From the NCBI GenBank assembly GCA_046757525.1, contig JBHHYI010000095.1:1-15704 (forward strand): 15,704 bases of DNA. The letters run 5' to 3'. Made by a program: the position numbers and the translations under genes. Positions 1 through 8,273 of this stretch are shown here, piece by piece (within the stretch, counting starts at the first letter, position 1; each line of letters begins with the position of its first letter). Origin of the DNA: a bacterium. GTDB taxonomy: Bacteria > Zhuqueibacterota > Zhuqueibacteria > Oceanimicrobiales > Oceanimicrobiaceae. Under the pieces are notes generated by a model. The model saw only the letters and a list, made by a program, of their open reading frames with translations. It did no database searches and was not told the DNA's origin.

Positions 1-4
1 CTCT

Positions 5-94
5 GATTTTCGCTCTGGACGAGCGAAAATCTGTCTCCCTTCAAAGGGAGAATTGTCCTATGGAAAAGCACGCTGCGCAATCGAGACGATTGCG
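5..94. repeat. Cluster of three short palindromes (REP-like) downstream of the minus-strand operon
   Basis: GATTTTCGCTC/GAGCGAAAATC (5-15/21-31, 11 bp), TCTCCCT/AGGGAGA (34-40/45-51), CGCAATCG/CGATTGCG (76-83/87-94). No clear U-tract follows them. Confidence 0.55.
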
Positions 95-143
95 TTACCT
101 ACAACAGAGCGGTTCCTAAGTGTGGTCTTGTCTGTGAAAAATC

Positions 144-686
144 TTACTCCCACCGCTTGGCATTCTTCAGATTTATTTTGGTCCTGATGACCCAGGCCTC
201 GCGATACCCCTTGGCAATGGCGACCTTTTGTAGTTTTTGAGCATCATACCAGTTGACAAAATCCCCTACCCTTACTTTGTAAAAAGGAGCATCAAAAACA
301 CGATAGACATCGGCGTCAAATCTCAAAATAGCTCCCTTTTGCACTTCTCGGGCTTCTTCGGGATCGCTGGTTTGAATCAATTGCACCCGGTAACCGGTTA
401 CAACGCTGTCTGCAGCAGTCTCACTTGAAGAGGCCAGAATATCCTCCACCGCCGATCCCCTCCCCTGGGTCTCTTCAATAATGATGTCCTCGTCGTTCAA
501 GGTCGTTGGATCAAACCTTTCATCCATTTGCTCAAAATTTGTAAACAATTTGGGGTTCTTTCTTGAGGGTGCTTTGACCTTTCTCGTGGATGCGCACCCC
601 CACGCCATGAGCACTATCACACTGAACCCCAGGCAGAGGGCACTCAGCCTTGCAGTCTTTTCCATTTTGACCTTCCTAATGATCAT
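144..686 (-). CDS. SPOR-domain (peptidoglycan-binding) lipoprotein
   Basis: Hydrophobic signal with lipobox AWGC. C-terminal GYRVQL...FYKVRVGDF...A...GY.EAWV pattern is typical of SPOR domains. ATG 686 overlaps the etfA stop (ATGA); an alternative ATG at 665 follows AGGAAGG. Confidence 0.8.
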   Translation of the reverse strand: MIIRKVKMEKTARLSALCLGFSVIVLMAWGCASTRKVKAPSRKNPKLFTNFEQMDERFDPTTLNDEDIIIEETQGRGSAVEDILASSSETAADSVVTGYRVQLIQTSDPEEAREVQKGAILRFDADVYRVFDAPFYKVRVGDFVNWYDAQKLQKVAIAKGYREAWVIRTKINLKNAKRWE

Positions 687-1669
687 TTGATTTCTTTAAC
701 GGCTTCAATCAACTCAGGGACCACTTCGAACAAGTCTCCCACGATGCCGTAGTCGGCGATGTCAAAAATGGGGGCGTGCGGATCTTTGTTGATGGCGACG
801 ATAGTACCTGAATTCTTCATGCCCACAATATGCTGAATGGCGCCTGAGATGCCCACAGCCAGGTACAGCTTGGGGGCCACGGTTTGGCCGGAGCTGCCGA
901 TCTGGCGATCCAGAGGCAGCCAGCCGTCATCGCACACGGGTCTCGAGGCAGAGATCTCGGCGTCCAAAACCCCGGCCAGTTGACGAACCAGCTCTAAATT
1001 TTCTTCCTTCTTGATTCCACGCCCAACGGACACGATGCGTTCGGCTTTGCTCAGATCCACTTCCTGCTTGACGCCTTCGAAAATCTCCAACACTTTGGTA
1101 CGAACCTCCACGCCCGCCAGGTCGATCTCCACATTGCGCACCGTAGCCTGGCCATCGGTGCTTTGCAAGTCGTCCGGGTTAAAAGCCCCCACCTGGAAAC
1201 TGACCAGATAAGGCCCCTCACCTTCAAACGAGAAATCGGCGTCGATCTTCCCCTGGAATACCTGCCGCACAAACACCGGCTGGCCGCCGTCGATCTTGTA
1301 ACGAACACAGTCGCTGATGAGCGCCTTGCCCATGGACGCGGCGATCTTGGGCGCAAAATCTCTCACCATGTAGGTATGACTAAACAATACAAACGAAGGC
1401 TGCTCTTTTGCGAGCACTTGCTCCACCGCGGCTGCGTACCCATCCGGCGTGTAGTCGGCCAGCTTTTCGTCCTCAGCCACCAGAACCTCTTTGACGCCCT
1501 TTGCGGCGATCTTTTCAGCTAAACCCTGGAGCGCCTTCCCCAGGAGCAGCACGGAAACCTCTTGCCCCAGTTCGCTGCCGATTTTTTGTCCGGCAACCAC
1601 GGCTTCCCACGTGGAACGGTTCAAGGCACCGTCACGCTGTTCTGCTACAACCAGTATATTCCCACTCAT
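683..1669 (-). CDS. etfA: Electron transfer flavoprotein subunit alpha
   Basis: Motifs SVGRG, SASRPVCD, QIGSSGQTVAPKLYLAVGISGAIQH, AINKDPHAPIF. AAGGAG RBS upstream. Confidence 0.97.
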   Translation of the reverse strand: MSGNILVVAEQRDGALNRSTWEAVVAGQKIGSELGQEVSVLLLGKALQGLAEKIAAKGVKEVLVAEDEKLADYTPDGYAAAVEQVLAKEQPSFVLFSHTYMVRDFAPKIAASMGKALISDCVRYKIDGGQPVFVRQVFQGKIDADFSFEGEGPYLVSFQVGAFNPDDLQSTDGQATVRNVEIDLAGVEVRTKVLEIFEGVKQEVDLSKAERIVSVGRGIKKEENLELVRQLAGVLDAEISASRPVCDDGWLPLDRQIGSSGQTVAPKLYLAVGISGAIQHIVGMKNSGTIVAINKDPHAPIFDIADYGIVGDLFEVVPELIEAVKEIK

Positions 1670-1688
1670 AAATTAGACTCCTTTATTC

Positions 1689-2477
1689 TCAAAACACCTT
1701 GGCTTCGTTCTTGAGTTTCTCGGCCAATTGCCGGGCCACCTCTTTGGCGTCGCCTTCAAATATTTGCGTTTGCTTGGTTTTCTGGGGCATGTAAATCTTG
1801 TGGAACCGCAGGCCGCTGCCCCCGTTCAGAATGTCGCTTTCCGACAGACCCAGGTCGGCCAGCCCCGGGGTCTTGATTTCCTTCTTTTTAGCCATCATGA
1901 TGCCCTTGATGGTGGCGTAGCGAATCTGGTTGATCCCAGACTGGATCGTCAAAAGTGCAGGCAAGGGTAACTCCACCCATTGGAACCAGCCGCTTTCCAG
2001 TTCACGCTTCACTTTCACACCGCCGTCTTGCGCCTGAATTTCCATGACGATGGTCGCGTGGGCCACGCCAAGTAGCTCAGCTAAGATCACCCCGGTTTGA
2101 CCGAAGCCGTAGTCGTCGGTCTGCAACCCGGTGAGCACCAAATCGAATTCCTCGTTCTTAATGGCCGCCGCCAATATCTTTGAATTGACGAACGGGTCGA
2201 TGGTGGTGAAGGACTCGTTGTTGATGTGAATAGCCCGGTCCGCGCCTTTAGCCAGACCTTGCTTGATGGCTTCGGTAGTCCTGCCCGGCCCCATGCTGAG
2301 CAGCACCACTTCGCCACCGTGTTTTTCTTTCAGTCGCAACGCTTCTTCCAATGCGTAATGGTCGCTTTCGTTGATCTCAAAGTTGAGGTCGGTCTCGTGT
2401 ACCCAACTGCCGTCCTCTTTGATCTTCAAAAGCGAGTCTTGAACCGGTACTTGCTTCATGCAGACGATAATTTTCAC
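1689..2477 (-). CDS. etfB: Electron transfer flavoprotein subunit beta
   Basis: KIIVCMKQVP start, NESDHYALEEALRL, GADRA, RYATIKGIMMAKKK. GTG start; adjacent to etfA. Confidence 0.97.
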   Translation of the reverse strand: MKIIVCMKQVPVQDSLLKIKEDGSWVHETDLNFEINESDHYALEEALRLKEKHGGEVVLLSMGPGRTTEAIKQGLAKGADRAIHINNESFTTIDPFVNSKILAAAIKNEEFDLVLTGLQTDDYGFGQTGVILAELLGVAHATIVMEIQAQDGGVKVKRELESGWFQWVELPLPALLTIQSGINQIRYATIKGIMMAKKKEIKTPGLADLGLSESDILNGGSGLRFHKIYMPQKTKQTQIFEGDAKEVARQLAEKLKNEAKVF

Positions 2478-2558
2478 GTTACTTCCCTTTCATTTTTTTC
2501 TGGTGTGTTGACATAATTTAAGAACCACCCACAGATTCTTTGGTTTATTTCTGGATTT

Positions 2559-2991
2559 GTAACTATCCAGCCTGTCGTCATTCCTGCATGTTTTAAGCCT
2601 TTGCTGATGTTCAGAAGAGTCCGGAGGTCGCATGACTTATAATATTCCGTCTCATTTGTTGCATCGGTCAGGCCAGTCATCCGGCGGCTGCCGGACGGCC
2701 CTTGACGGGCCACTCAGAGGTCCGGCCCTTGACGGACGTCCGACTGACAAAAGTGCAAAAAGAATTGGAACACGGATTGCACGGATTCAACGAATCCCAA
2801 CGGATTAGCCAGAGTAAATCTGTTTGGGGCAGTGACTCTGAACCCAATGGCTCATGAACCGAATGATTTTCACCAGACACAAATCCGTGTAAATCCGTTC
2901 GATTCGTAAAATCCGCGTTCCATTCATTGCGGCTGCGCCGCGCTGGGGATTCCCGATAAAAGCACTCGGGAATGACAGGCTGAATAGTTAC
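2559..2991. mobile_element. Non-autonomous composite element (MITE) with IS66-like GTAA termini
   Basis: TIRs GTAACTATCCAGCCTGTC (2559-2576) and GACAGGCTGAATAGTTAC (2974-2991), 17/18 complementary. Flanks CTGGATTT (2551-2558) and CTGAATTC (2992-2999) match 6/8, a degenerate 8-bp duplication. No transposase inside. Confidence 0.7.
2766..2922. repeat. Inverted pair of periodic ACGGATT/AATCCGT arrays nested in the MITE
   Basis: Left arm 2766-2806 has four ACG(G/A)AT units and right arm 2882-2922 has four AT(C/T)CG units. The arms are 30/41 reverse-complementary, with termini TGGAACACGGATT/AATCCGCGTTCCA. Confidence 0.75.
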
Positions 2992-3098
2992 CTGAATTCT
3001 TTGTTTTTCGAAATCTGGCAACAGTGGAGATGCCTCCTTAACTAACCATGCACGTGAAATTAAAATTTAACAAAAAAACACAGGGAATCAACCTCTTT

Positions 3099-4835
3099 TT
3101 ACGCAATCAAATCGAACCTGTAGCCATTGGTTTCGTAGGTCGACTTTGCGATCTTTTTGCGCCAGGAGTCGATGTTGTTATCGATCTGCCGGGCGTTTCT
3201 ACGAATCCGGCGCCAGGCCTCTTCACAATAGGTTTTGCCGATGGTCAATTCTCGCTCAACTTTGGCCATTTCATTTTCCTTGAGGAGCGAATCCAGGCGG
3301 GAAATCACCGCCACCATGGTGTAGAGTTCGATGGCCATATCTGCAAGCCGGTGCTGCAGAAACTCCTTGTGAATGATGTTCTTGCGGTACTTGGCCAGGA
3401 CCTTCTCAACGGCCAGGTGCAGCTCTTTGGCATATTCTTCAAATCTCCCGACCTCATCACTCAACGCCGGATGGATTCCGGTCAATCGTTTGGTAGTAAC
3501 TCTTTCCTTGATTCTGTGCAGGGCAAAATTAGTCAGGATGCCCAGATCGTCCAGAGGATTCTGCAACGCCTTGCCAACCTTTTGCAGATACTCCCCATGC
3601 TCCTGCATGCCCGCCAACGCGATGAACGCGCGCAGGATTTCGTTGGTGCCTTCAAAAATCAGGTTGATGCGCGCATCCCGCAGGGCTTGCTCATACGGAT
3701 ACTCCTTGCTGTAACCGATGCCGCCAGCGATTTGCATGGCCTCGTTTACCGTGCGCCACAGTGCCTCCGAAGCGAACACCTTGCACATGGCCGATTCCAG
3801 CGAGTAGTCTACGTTGCCGCGATCGATCAAACGGGTGGTCAAATAGACTATGCTTTCCAGGGCAAAGGTGTCCACCACCATTTGACTGATCTTTTCTTGG
3901 ATCATCTCGAATTTGGCAATGGCCGTGTTGAATTGTTTTCTGTTCTTGGCGTAGTCGACACTCATGGCCGTGAGCTTTTTCATGCCACCGAGACAGCCTG
4001 CGGCCAACCCCAGACGCCCGGAATTCAGCACCTCCATGGCGACCTTGAAGCCTTTGCCGATGGGGCCAATAACGTTTTCTACCGGCACCTTAACGTTGTC
4101 GAACGTCAACTCCGTGGTTGAGGAGCCGTGGATGCCCAGCTTCTCTTCTTCCTTGCCGGAAGCAAACCCTTCCATGTCGCGGGTCACGATGAAAGCGGTG
4201 ATCTTCATCTCACCCTCTGGTCCGACCGCGGTCTTGGCAAACACGGTGAAGAAATGGGCCAGGCCGCCGTTAGTGATCCAAATCTTGCTGCCGTTCAAAA
4301 CGTAACAGCCGGCCTTTTCATCCAACACCGCTGTAGTTTGAATACCGGCAGCATCGGAACCGGCATTAGGCTCGGTCAAAGCAAAGCCCGCCATCCATTC
4401 ACCAGAGGCCAGTTTGGGCAGATACTTCTTTTTTTGCTCTTCGGTGCCATGCAGCAGCAGAGCCTTGAGTCCGATGGACTGGTGCCCGCCCAGGGTCACG
4501 GCCAGGGAGCCGTCAATGCCCGCAACTGCCTCGAAAACCCGATTGTAGGCCGTAGCGGAGAAACCGTAACCGCCATATTCCTCGGGAATAGACATGCCAA
4601 ACAAGCCCAGCTCTGCCAGACCGGACAGAACATCCGCAGGAATCTCTTCCTCGCGGTCAAAGGCCCTGGAATCGATCTTGTCCCTGGCAAATTGATTTAG
4701 ACTGTCGATGATGATCCTCAGGTTTTCCTCTTCTTCTTTGTCTATTCTTGGATACGGGAAGACCATCTCCTGCTCGATGCTTCCGGCAAACAGACACTTG
4801 GTGAAGCTGTTCTGGTTGCTTTCATGGTTGGCCAT
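3099..4835 (-). CDS. fadE: Acyl-CoA dehydrogenase, long (VLCAD/ACAD9-like) form
   Basis: FALTEPNAGSDA, LNGSKIWITNG, KLGIHGSST, R.QF, GGIGY, catalytic-Glu motif IFEGTNEI, plus an extra C-terminal helical domain (578 aa). AGGAG RBS. Confidence 0.93.
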   Translation of the reverse strand: MANHESNQNSFTKCLFAGSIEQEMVFPYPRIDKEEEENLRIIIDSLNQFARDKIDSRAFDREEEIPADVLSGLAELGLFGMSIPEEYGGYGFSATAYNRVFEAVAGIDGSLAVTLGGHQSIGLKALLLHGTEEQKKKYLPKLASGEWMAGFALTEPNAGSDAAGIQTTAVLDEKAGCYVLNGSKIWITNGGLAHFFTVFAKTAVGPEGEMKITAFIVTRDMEGFASGKEEEKLGIHGSSTTELTFDNVKVPVENVIGPIGKGFKVAMEVLNSGRLGLAAGCLGGMKKLTAMSVDYAKNRKQFNTAIAKFEMIQEKISQMVVDTFALESIVYLTTRLIDRGNVDYSLESAMCKVFASEALWRTVNEAMQIAGGIGYSKEYPYEQALRDARINLIFEGTNEILRAFIALAGMQEHGEYLQKVGKALQNPLDDLGILTNFALHRIKERVTTKRLTGIHPALSDEVGRFEEYAKELHLAVEKVLAKYRKNIIHKEFLQHRLADMAIELYTMVAVISRLDSLLKENEMAKVERELTIGKTYCEEAWRRIRRNARQIDNNIDSWRKKIAKSTYETNGYRFDLIA

Positions 4836-4903
4836 AATGACTCCTAAGATTTTTGGTACGCTCCATTATTTCCTTACGGGGGGCATTTTTTGTTTACTCT
4901 TAA

Positions 4904-5105
4904 CTAACATTTCTCACTTGCGAATGACTGCATAACCATCAGTAAAGACAATAACAAGGGCCTATGTCATTTCGAGCGAAGCGAGAAATCTGATAAGCGG
5001 GCGAATTGCTTCGAGGAATCACTTTATCCTTCAAATATCGCATTTCAGGATTCAGATTCCTCCCTTCGGTCGGAATGACACGTGAAAGCAAGTGAGAAAT
5101 GTTAG
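4904..5105. mobile_element. 202-bp MITE with perfect 18-bp TIRs and 7-bp target-site duplication
   Basis: CTAACATTTCTCACTTGC (4904-4921) is the exact reverse complement of GCAAGTGAGAAATGTTAG (5088-5105). CTCTTAA directly flanks both ends (4897-4903, 5106-5112). Confidence 0.88.
4965..5080. repeat. Inverted pair of TGTC-hairpin REP-like units inside the MITE
   Basis: TGTCATTTCGAGCGAAGCGAGAAATCT (4965-4991) versus the reverse complement of 5054-5080, TGTCATTCCGACCGAAGGGAGGAATCT: 23/27 identical. Confidence 0.85.
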
Positions 5106-5207
5106 CTCTTAATTCATAAAACTCACCGCTAAGGCGCTGCGAATAAATGTGAAGAGAGACTATTCAAAAGTGAGTGCCTACGTCTTTGCGGTTTACGAAT
5201 TATTCGG

Positions 5208-7412
5208 CTAATAAAACGTCTCCTTTTTTTCCACCTTAGCAAGCAGCAGCTTTGGCGGTTCAAATCTTTCGCCATACTTTTCTTGCAAAGCCTTCATTTT
5301 GTCCACCACGGCCTTCAGTCCCAGGCTGTCGGCGTATTTCAACAGCCCACCCCGAAATGGTGGGAAGCCGGTGCCAAAAATCATGCCCGCGTCTACGTCC
5401 CGCGGGTGGCGAATAATCCCCTCTTCCAGACACAGCGTGGCTTCCTTGATCATGGTCGAAAGCAGGCGCTCCTGAATGTGCTCGGCCGAGATTCCACCTT
5501 CGGGTTTTCTTAAATTGGCTAACAGTTCATAAATCGCCGGGTCGACCTGTTTTTCTTTTCCATTATATAGGTAAAAGCCTTTGCCGCCTTTCTTGCCCAG
5601 CCGGCCGCTTTCATGCATCCTGGCGATGATTTCTGAAGGCGCCATGCGATCCGGGAAAGCCTTGTGCAAAATTTGAGCGACCTTGAAGCCGACGTCGATG
5701 CCCACTTCGTCCAACAAATTCAGGGGGCCCATGGGCATGCCAAATTCGACCATCGCCCGGTCGATCTGTTCGATCCTGGCGCCATCTTGCAGCAACAAGG
5801 CCCCTTCGTTGATGTAGGGTCCCAGGATGCGATTCACCAAAAAGCCAGGACTGTTCTTGACCACGATGGGAATCTTACCCAATCTCTTGGCGAACGCCAC
5901 CGTGGTTACCGTGGTCTGGTCAGAGGTTTTTTCCCCGCGAATGACCTCCACTAACGGCATGCGGTGCACCGGATTAAAAAAGTGCAAACCGATAAAACGC
6001 TCGGGCTTTTTCACCGCTTGGGCCATTTCGGTTATGGACAGTGAGGAGGTGTTGGACGCCAGGATGGTGGTCTCTTTAACCTCTGCCTCCACCTCGGCAA
6101 ACACCTTCTTTTTGACGTCCAGATTCTCAACGATAGCTTCGATGACAAAGTCCAACTGGCTGAAGCCAGAGTAATCCAGGGTGCTGGAAATAAAAGACAA
6201 CTTGCGTGTCATCTCCTTGGGCAACAACCGCTTCTTGTTTACCGCGGCTTGAAAGATCTCTTGCGCCCGTTTCATCCCAACGGAAAGGGCTTCCGTATTG
6301 ACGTCCTTCATCCGCGACGGGATTTCGTGGTGTGCCAGCAACTGGGCGATGCCTCCGCCCATGACCCCGGCACCCAGGATGCCCACTTGCTTGACTTCTG
6401 CAGGCCGGGCTTCGGACTTCTCCACGCCCGAATCCTTTTTGAGGGCTTCGTTGAGATAATAAATGGAAATCAGATTCTTGGACACCTGCGTGGTGATGAG
6501 CTCTCCCAGCAGCCGTGCCTCGATTTCCAACCCTTGTTTCAGACTGAGCTGGAGACCCTGCTGCACGGCCTCCAGCGCCTTCAAGGGCGCCGGGTAATGA
6601 CCGCGGGTGTTTTTCAAAGTGCGCTTGCGCGCCTGATCAAACAATAGTTTTCGGCCTAAAGGATTTTTTTCAAGCAACAAGGCATTGAGTCCTTTGGCCC
6701 CACGCCTATTCTTGACGGCCGCGGCCCGCTGTGGGTCCAAAATTTCCAGGGCAAACTCTTCGGCGGCTGCGTTCATGAATTTGTCCGGGAAATGGTTGGC
6801 AATGGCCCGGTCCACCAACCCCATCTTGTACGCGCGTTTGGCATCGACCAATTTGCCGGTCAAGATCAAATCCAAAGCGTTTTGAATCCCGATGAGCCGC
6901 GGCAGCCGTTGCGTGCCGCCAAATCCAGGCAAAATGCCCAGTCGCACTTCGGGCAACCCGAGTCTGGTCTTCGGGTCGTTCTTCGCAATGCGGTAGTGAC
7001 AGGCCAGGGCCAGCTCCAGACCGCCACCCACGCAAGCCCCCTGAATGGCAGCGATCACAGGAAAGGGCAACTCGTTGATTTTTTGAAAGATCGCCTGGCC
7101 CAGCCGTGCCTTTTGCCTGCCGTCCTCGGGATCAGTGATGTCTTTGATTTCGGCCACATCCGCCCCGGCGATGAAATTGCCTTCCTTGCCACTCATGAAA
7201 ATCAGGGCCTTGATCTCACTCAGGGTAGGCAAACGCTGCAACACGCGATCCAATTCCTGCATGACTTTTGAACTCAGGATGTTTGCGTTCTTGTCCTTGA
7301 GGTCAAAGGTCAAGAAGGCCAGACCGTTGTCCTTTATGTCCAGGTGGAATGACTCGAATTCGTCACGATTAATTGCAGTGGTGGTCGCCTCTTTGCTGAC
7401 TATTTCATCCAT
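5208..7412 (-). CDS. fadJ: Fatty acid oxidation complex alpha subunit (enoyl-CoA hydratase + 3-hydroxyacyl-CoA dehydrogenase), FadJ/FadB type
   Basis: Crotonase motifs FIAGAD, GGGLELALACHYR, GLPEVRLGILPGFGGT. HCDH motifs GAGVMGGGIA, ASNTSSL, GLHFFNP, PGFLVNR. Start placed at ATG 7412 (GGAGG upstream) rather than TTG 7430. Confidence 0.93.
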   Translation of the reverse strand: MDEIVSKEATTTAINRDEFESFHLDIKDNGLAFLTFDLKDKNANILSSKVMQELDRVLQRLPTLSEIKALIFMSGKEGNFIAGADVAEIKDITDPEDGRQKARLGQAIFQKINELPFPVIAAIQGACVGGGLELALACHYRIAKNDPKTRLGLPEVRLGILPGFGGTQRLPRLIGIQNALDLILTGKLVDAKRAYKMGLVDRAIANHFPDKFMNAAAEEFALEILDPQRAAAVKNRRGAKGLNALLLEKNPLGRKLLFDQARKRTLKNTRGHYPAPLKALEAVQQGLQLSLKQGLEIEARLLGELITTQVSKNLISIYYLNEALKKDSGVEKSEARPAEVKQVGILGAGVMGGGIAQLLAHHEIPSRMKDVNTEALSVGMKRAQEIFQAAVNKKRLLPKEMTRKLSFISSTLDYSGFSQLDFVIEAIVENLDVKKKVFAEVEAEVKETTILASNTSSLSITEMAQAVKKPERFIGLHFFNPVHRMPLVEVIRGEKTSDQTTVTTVAFAKRLGKIPIVVKNSPGFLVNRILGPYINEGALLLQDGARIEQIDRAMVEFGMPMGPLNLLDEVGIDVGFKVAQILHKAFPDRMAPSEIIARMHESGRLGKKGGKGFYLYNGKEKQVDPAIYELLANLRKPEGGISAEHIQERLLSTMIKEATLCLEEGIIRHPRDVDAGMIFGTGFPPFRGGLLKYADSLGLKAVVDKMKALQEKYGERFEPPKLLLAKVEKKETFY

Positions 7413-7443
7413 GTTTTGCGTTCCTCCCAATAATAAGTGTGGG

Positions 7444-8037
7444 TCAATTGATTGCAGTAGCTATGCCGCGGATGAACAATTCCGCGACCTGGTCAGCGGA
7501 TTTGTCTAAATCGTAGCGGCCATTGCGCAGCAACACCCAATGGGTGGCGATCTCGTCCAGCGCGCCAAAAAGCGCTCGCTTCGCCAGGCCCGGATGAATA
7601 TCCCGCCGCAACAGCCCCTGGGCTTGCCCCTCTTCGACCAGTTCGCCGATGATATTCAAATACTCTTTCAGTTTCGTGCCTTTGTACTCTTTAATGAACT
7701 TGTTGCTCTGCCGCAACTCGAGCTGCAGTACCTGAGCCAATTTTGGATTCTTTTTCACAAATTGCAAATGGGTGCGTATGAAGGCTCTGAGCTTCTCAAC
7801 CGCGTCGGTCTCCGAGTGGATTTTTTCTTGAACTTTCCCAATAAACTTGCCCATCTCCTCTTCAAAAATCGAGATGAGAATCTCGTCTTTGCTTTTGAAA
7901 TACAGGTAAATGGTACCGTCGGCAACGCCGGCCTTTTTGGCAATTTCATTGACTTTTGCGTTGTAGAAGCCTTTCTGAGCAAAAACCCTGACGGCTGCTT
8001 TTCGTATTTTCGTTCGCTTGTCTTCTTTGGCCGCCAT
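7444..8037 (-). CDS. fadR: TetR-family transcriptional regulator, FadR/YsiA type
   Basis: N-terminal TetR HTH (FAQKGF...IAKKAGVADGTIYLYFKSKDEIL) and QLELRQSN motif as in Bacillus YsiA/FadR. First gene of the beta-oxidation cluster, with a matching operator upstream. Confidence 0.85.
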   Translation of the reverse strand: MAAKEDKRTKIRKAAVRVFAQKGFYNAKVNEIAKKAGVADGTIYLYFKSKDEILISIFEEEMGKFIGKVQEKIHSETDAVEKLRAFIRTHLQFVKKNPKLAQVLQLELRQSNKFIKEYKGTKLKEYLNIIGELVEEGQAQGLLRRDIHPGLAKRALFGALDEIATHWVLLRNGRYDLDKSADQVAELFIRGIATAIN

Positions 8038-8169
8038 GGTTGTTAGTGGCTCTGCGTTTGAATCCAGGTTTTCAAATATTGTTTTCTAAGGTCTTGTCCT
8101 GTTGGCATTAGCAATTCTCTAAAAATATTACCCCTTACAACAGACCTTTGCAGAGGATTATTGCAAAAA

Positions 8170-8189
8170 ATGAATGAACATTCATTCAT
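8170..8189. promoter_or_regulatory. FadR(YsiA)-type operator
   Basis: ATGAATGAA-CA-TTCATTCAT has perfect 9-bp arms. It matches the B. subtilis FadR box WTGAATGAMTANTCATTCAN, as recalled, with one mismatch. Confidence 0.85.
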
Positions 8190-8217
8190 AATTTATCAAT
8201 ATTACATTAAAAGTCAA
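8190..8217 (-). promoter_or_regulatory. Putative sigma70 promoter of the fad operon
   Basis: Minus strand TTGACT (8217-8212), 16-nt spacer, TAAATT (8195-8190) preceded by TGA (extended -10). Predicted +1 falls inside the operator. Confidence 0.65.
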
Positions 8218-8230
8218 ATTATTTTTAGTT

Positions 8231-8273
8231 AACAAACGAAGAAACCGACTTTCTGGGAGAAAGTCGGTTTCTC
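8231..8273. repeat. Palindromic direct repeat, copy 1 (15-bp perfect stem; possible minus-strand terminator)
   Basis: AGAAACCGACTTTCT-GGG-AGAAAGTCGGTTTCT (8240-8272). On the minus strand the stem is followed by TCGTTTGTT. 41/43 identical to 9229-9271. Confidence 0.9.

Noticed and set aside
2696..2735. 13-bp direct repeat CGGCCCTTGACGG (2696-2708, 2723-2735)
   Set aside because: Real, but only two copies inside the composite element, most simply a local duplication.
2474..3021. ORFs 2474-2713 and 2677-3021 on the minus strand
   Set aside because: They are translations of the nested repeat element and have no protein-like features.
3048..4121. 357-aa plus-strand ORF, and other long antisense ORFs (4128-4700, 6792-7271, 7540-8046, 10696-11370, 12082-12768)
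   Set aside because: They lie opposite well-supported genes, have no recognisable motifs, and are expected shadows of GC-biased codon usage.
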